Source: Eledone cirrhosa | Taxonomy: Eukaryota | Reading direction: 5' to 3' | DNA: 64,000 nucleotides | Assembly (NCBI GenBank): GCA_964016885.1 | Contig: OZ024740.1 | Span: 43,586,001-43,650,000 of the forward strand | In this document: in pieces, positions 58,512-64,000 of the stretch | Layout: every line of letters begins with the position of its first letter | Position numbering within the stretch: position 1 is the stretch's first letter | Program-made: the position numbers and the translations under genes | The notes under the pieces: generated by a model | Databases searched by the model: none | What the model saw: the letters and a program-made list of their open reading frames with translations, nothing else | What the model was told of the DNA's origin: nothing

Positions 58512-58560
<49 letters not shown>

Positions 58561-58775
58561 GAATGCTATGGTTGACGGAGGCTCGGCTCTGTAAGATATT
58601 GTAAATTTTGACCGCTATAACAATTGTAAATTGTTTAAAACTTTAACCAACTTGTAGACAAAAACACCCTCCTCCTCGTGAGAGGGGTCTTTCTGCCCGT
58701 TATTTGGCCCTTCGGGGTTAAATAACTGCTTATTGGGGTTTTGTGCCCAATATTTATTTTAAACAAAAAAACAAC

Positions 58776-60791
58776 ATGGCTACGAAAAAGAATTTTCATA
58801 GGTCACTCCCACTCATTCCGTCTTCTTCTTCCTAATCGTCACTATAGCAGAGAGAAGATTGTCTCTCTCCCTCCCTTCTCTTTCGCAAGCGACGACAGAA
58901 AAGAAAAATCTCGTGCAAAGCGTGCAAGATTTCTCCACGACGACGACGACAACGACGAAACAGGTGTGCGGGAAATACGAAAACCCATTTCATTCGTCTG
59001 ACGTCAGGAATAATAGCAGTAGCAGCCGTAATAACAACAGCGACAGTGACAAGGAAAACAACAGTAGCAGCCGCAACAGCATCAGCAGCAGCATAAACAA
59101 CAACAGCATTAGCAGCAACAACAACAGCAGCAGCAGCAACAACAACAACCACAGCAACAGCGGCGCCGGCAGTAGTCGTAGTACCTGCAGCAACAACAAA
59201 ACTAACAGCAGCTCTGACGACAACAACAACAACAACAGCAGCAAAGAAAAACCAATCTCGTTTGCAGGTATCGCAAAGAACCTGGAAACCATCCTCATAA
59301 CAAATGAGGAATTAGAGGAAGCGAAGAAGATGGTGACAAAAACTGGACACCGAGCAATCTGCAAGGCAGCGGAAAAAATTTTCGAAACCGAACAGCACTG
59401 TACGGTCACGTACCGTACAGTAAGTACAAAATCCCGTAGGGTTGAACGAGCCACAGAGGCTCAAATACAAAAAGCCTTGGGGTCTGTGTGGCATCGGAAA
59501 ACGCACATCACCCGAGGCAAGTAATATGCCACCGTAGACGTACTTTTTGCCACACCCCAGGAGGCAAAGGCTCAATCCTTAGTGACCCTAAGGAGCGAGG
59601 AAATGGTGTTGGTGCCCTCCTACTGCGGGCAAAAAATTGCGAGGGTCAAACTGACCCACGTCCCCCCCCCCCCCCGGGATGGCCCCTTCTTGGCTGTCCG
59701 CGTCTGTCCTCGTCGGAATCGAGGACAAAACAACTGTACTGCAAGTACAGAAAAAAGTAAGAGAAGATTGGGTCGGCACCCCCATTGAGATGTTAATCCA
59801 AACCAACCAGGAGTGCATCGAAGCTATCCCGGATGTGATAGACTTCGATAACGGCACTCAACTGCCCATAAGTGTTGGGGGCAAACGCCCGAAATGCTTT
59901 CGCTGTGGATCGAAGACTCACCTCAGGGCCTTCTGCAACGAGAAGACCCTGAGAAAGGAGAAAACCCCCCTCCTTCCGAATCCGGCTCCACGGCTACCAG
60001 CAACAGGACAAGCGGCAACCAGGAACGATAGGTCCGTGGCACCCATACCCACTCCACGGAAATCAAAAACAGCAGCAGCAGTGGAAATATTAACAACAAC
60101 AACAGCAATACCAAATGCAGCTGCAACAGAGACTCCAGTGCAAACATCACCAACAACAACAAGTGAAAGAGTGGAGCTGGTACCCCTCCCCGACCTCACA
60201 GAATCAGACATGGAGTGTGAGGTGGGAGAGGGATGGCAAAAGGTCGTAAGAAGGCACAAACGCAGAAGCAGCGCATCGTCGCCTTTGAAAAGGGAGGAAA
60301 GAAATGAAAAAAGGGTAAAGTCTACTGCAAAGAGATTCACAGCAGCAACACCACCAACACCATCACCACCCACACTAGCACCACCATCACCACCGGCAAC
60401 AACCCCACCGCCAACAACACCTTCAACACCACCACCACAAGCACCAACATCGCAAACACAACAACAAAACACACACACCCAGCAACAACGACAAGAAAAT
60501 AGCAGAAACACACCCCACCCCCAGAAAAACAAATGCACGGCAATAAATACACACAACAAGAAACTAATGACTTACATAATTGAACACACAGACATTTCAC
60601 AACACGACTACATAATACCAGCACCAATCAAAACGCCAACTAACATAAGACTGTTAAAAATAGCACAGAAACAATACACAAACATTAAAACGAAATTCCC
60701 CAACGCAGTTGGTGATTTCAGAGACCTAGGAGGGACACTCAACCGAAGAGTATATTCGGACATACGCATAGAAGAGCCGACGACCAACTGA
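58776..60791 (+). pseudogene. ORF1 of copy B (Asn/Ser-rich N-terminus, CCHC knuckle), disrupted
   Basis: SFAGIAK, CTVTYRT, KLTHVPP (frameshift in a C run), GKRPKCFRCGSKTHLRAFC. The start position is uncertain. Confidence 0.78.
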
Positions 60792-60910
60792 AGGGACGAT
60801 TCAACGGTCCCTTCACCAGACGATCAAGTGAAAAGGGATGGAAAAACCATCCCTCCTCTACGAAAAGCACGGTAAGTGGTCTTTCCCATCTTTTCCACTC
60901 TATTTTAAAC

Positions 60911-63900
60911 ATGACCTCACTCAGAATAGGCAGCATAAATGCGCGTGGCTTGGGGTCGTCATGGAAGCAGGGTCACCTGCTCAACGACCTCAGGTCACTA
61001 AACATAGATGTAGTGGCCATCAGCGAGACCAGAATCTCCGAAGCACGGGCCTTCGCACCGATCTTCGGCGGTTACGATGTGTACGCATCTCCCAGCCGTC
61101 CTGGATCGGGGGGAGGAGTTGCTTTGCTTTTTCGGAGAGGTTTGGATCTCACCATACGGGCCATCTTCCTGGACCCAGAGGGTAAGTTGGTGGTGCTGGC
61201 CGTGACCAGCGGAGACGGGCAAGCTTTCAGGCTAGTGGCCGTCTATGCCCCGACAGGAGCAGGGCGGGTTTATTTCTTCCGGCGTCTGGAAACCTTTCTT
61301 GGAACGTCCCGCTCTTTAGTGATAGTGGGCGACTGGAACGGGATCTTAGATGCACGCTAGGACTGTGTGGATTAGGGGATAGGGGTGGAGGGTGCAATAG
61401 CCTCACCAACCTGCTCAGGCGTTTTGAACTGTCTGACAGGTACCAATTGGATTTCCCGAATGTGCCAATGTGGACTTGGACAAATCCATAGTGTCATCCA
61501 GATCATATCTAGATAGAGTATTTTGTAGGGAAATAGATAGGTCTAGCATAGGCTGTCCACAATTCAAGATAGTCAGCTACACGGACCACAAATTCGTGAT
61601 CTGTGAGCTTGACATAGATAGGCTTCATAGACGAGGACCCGGCTACTGGAAGCTAAACGCGTCCTTACCAGCGCGCATGGCCTACAGAGACCGGATTAGC
61701 GAACTAGTTAAGCGGGCGTTGACGGGGGCCATCGTCAACAACAAGTGGTGGTTTGCTCTGAAAAGAGCGATTAGAATAGAATCCATTAGGTTTAGTAAGG
61801 CTTTAGCAATAGAGAAAAATAGAGCAGAGGGAGAACTTGTTAGAAAATTAGACGAGGCGCTTAGCAAAGGCATTGCGATCGACGTGCTTGCGGAGAAATT
61901 GGCCCTTGACCAATTCTTCAATGCAAAGCACGAAGGCGCGTTGTCAGAGTTAGTGTGCGTGCTCTCAGACACGAGGGGACGAAAGCCGTTCAATGGGCCC
62001 GAGTGGCGGAGGCGCGTCGTGGCAACAAAGCCACGATCCGGTCTTTGGTGGACCACCACGGGAGCATGCTACTCGATCCCGGGCAAATGTGTGAAGCTTT
62101 TCAGCGATACTTCACTCAGCTGTTCGGGGGCAGCGGTGGGCCGGGTCGAGGGATGGTCTTTAGTGTCTACCTCGACGGACTGCCGTGGCTCTCGACCACT
62201 GAGGCGGAGTGTTGCGAAAAGCCGATAACAGCCACTGAAGTAAGGGAGACAATGACTGGCTGCACAAGGGGTAAATCACCTGGTTTGGATAGTCTGCCCT
62301 ATGAACTTTACGTACAGATGCCAGACTTGTTCGGAGGCCTCTTGGCGGACGTCTACTGCAACTGGCAACAGAACGGGAGAATTCCCAGTTCTGTGAGCCG
62401 AGGAGCGGTGGCACTGCTGAGAAAGGATCCGAACAAGGGGGATAACATAGATAATTTCAGGCCCATAACTCTGTTAAACACAGAGTTCAAGATTTTCGCC
62501 AAGGTGCTAGCAAAGAGGTTGGCGCTTTTCGTTGGTGGTCTGGTGGGAGAGGCGCAGACATGCGCCATTCCCAACAGATCCATCCACGACAACCTCCACC
62601 TCATGCGTTACATCGTAGAGAGGGTAGCTAGGGAACCTGGCACGGGTGGGTCCTTGATCAATTTAGATCAGTCGAAAGCTTTCGATAGGGTTGACCATCG
62701 TTACCTAGCGGCAGTGCTGAGGGCGGCTGGATCGCTGCCATGCACAGCGACATCTGCTCTGTGGTGAGAGTGAACGGTCACCTTTCGGAACCGTTCAACA
62801 TCATGCGCTCGGTCCGCCAAGGATGTCCCCTCTCGTCCCTCTTGTACGTATTGACTCTCGAGCCATTACTGCACAAACTGGAGACGTTGAGGGGCGTCCC
62901 GCGCGAACTAGGATGCGGAAGATCCGTGTCAGCATATGCGGACGATGTCACCGTAGTGGTGTCGAACGCCAAACACATCGAGGCGATCGGCACTACACTA
63001 AGAGAATACGAAGCGGTGACAGCAGCAATGATCAACCAGGAAAAGTCAGTGGCCCTGCAGCTCGGCACCTGGAGAGGCATGTCCATGCCGTCCAACAGCG
63101 TCATCGGACGCTGGACGGACGGACCGGTTAAATTGCTAGGAGTCTGGTACGGTCCGGACCTCCAGACGGACAAAAGTGGGACGAGGTGACGAGCAGGGTG
63201 GCTTCTCTCACCCAGAAATGGGCCGAGAGGAAGCTATCCCTGAAAGGTCGAGCGGAGGTGGCTAACGCGTACAACGCGTCTGTCATCTGCTACCGCCTGG
63301 CCGTCGTACCTTGTCCTAAGCCTCGCCTGACTGCGCTGGAGCGTTTCCTCTTTCGCTTTTTGTGGAAGGGACGCGCTCCGATGGTCAGGCGCTCCATCTG
63401 TTGTCAACACCCGCTACGTGGAGGGCTGGGCATGCCGTCGCTGATGATGCGCAGGCACGCGCTCAGGCTACGACATTTCCACCTCCTCCTGGACGGTGAT
63501 CAGGTGTGGTTGCCGTTTGCTAGACACGTATTTCCCCAGCTCGTTTCCTTGACGGAGCCGCAGTCCTGGGTCAAGCGAAGACCGACAGTGAGCGCCTGGA
63601 GACTGGAATGTCTTCAGGCGCTCACAGCCCTCGACCTATCGGGCAATGTGATCGGTGGAAACTCCACCTCGGCGTTCTATAGAGGATCAGTGGAGGGGAA
63701 GAGCGACGACGTACTTGGGGAAACTCTAGGCGTCGACGAAAATCAACTAGCCAATCTCTTCGGAAGAACTTTCGGGCCGGGGCCTATGGACAACTTCCAG
63801 AATTCTCTGGCCTGGCAGTGCTACCGAGGAGCCTTGCCAGTTCGGGATAAACTCTACAGGCATGGAGGTGCCGTCAGCCGGGCATGTCCGAGATGCGCGC

Positions 63901-64000
63901 AGGGCGACGAAACCGTCCTGCACGAACTCGTCCAGTGTCCGAAAATTGCTGACTTGTGGGTTTATGCTAACACCTGCTGTCGCGTTTAGGACGGATCCGG
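60911..64000 (+). pseudogene. ORF2 of copy B (APE endonuclease and RT), disrupted
   Basis: MTSLRIGSINARGL, AISETR, GDWN, YTDH, GYWKLN, KAFDRVDH, QGCPLS, YADD, CPRC. Confidence 0.9.

Larger units (their letters stand above)
52697..58512 (+). mobile_element. Full-length Tx1/L1-clade LINE, copy A (disrupted)
   Basis: 5'UTR, ORF1 with CCHC knuckle, ORF2 with APE and RT, 3'UTR with AATAAA, flanked by (TTA)n. Confidence 0.92.
58561..64000 (+). mobile_element. Tx1/L1-clade LINE, copy B (runs off the window end)
   Basis: Begins after (TTA)n. It has a distinct 5'UTR and ORF1, but ORF2 is closely similar to copy A. Confidence 0.92.

Overview
Eukaryotic, almost entirely repetitive DNA with no intact host gene that I can support. 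The tRNA-derived SINEs carry a Nin/Deu-like core (CCTTTCATCCTTACGGGGTCGATAAA), and together with very dense (TA)n/(CA)n tracts this suggests an octopod cephalopod (inference). The window holds a near-intact RTE LINE with three C-terminal C2H2 fingers plus short non-autonomous derivatives, and fragments of CRE, CR1-like, R4/Dong and RTE elements. It also has a head-to-tail cluster of Tx1/L1-like LINEs in (TTA)n, a non-autonomous Helitron, two TIR elements (one carrying a captured PHD-ORF1 fragment) and a Penelope-like GIY-YIG remnant. The main hidden signal is RNA. The 308-bp satellite at 909-7777 has about 22 near-identical units, inverted at about 1900, and every full unit contains a minimal type I hammerhead ribozyme (HHR) inside a highly self-complementary monomer, as in a retrozyme or circRNA-type array. 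About ten further, mostly unrelated HHR-bearing modules lie between microsatellites. Several use the compensated U3-A8 core, and many show a head-to-head inverted layout whose 3' ends run into microsatellites. All folds were derived by eye and no cleavage activity is demonstrated.
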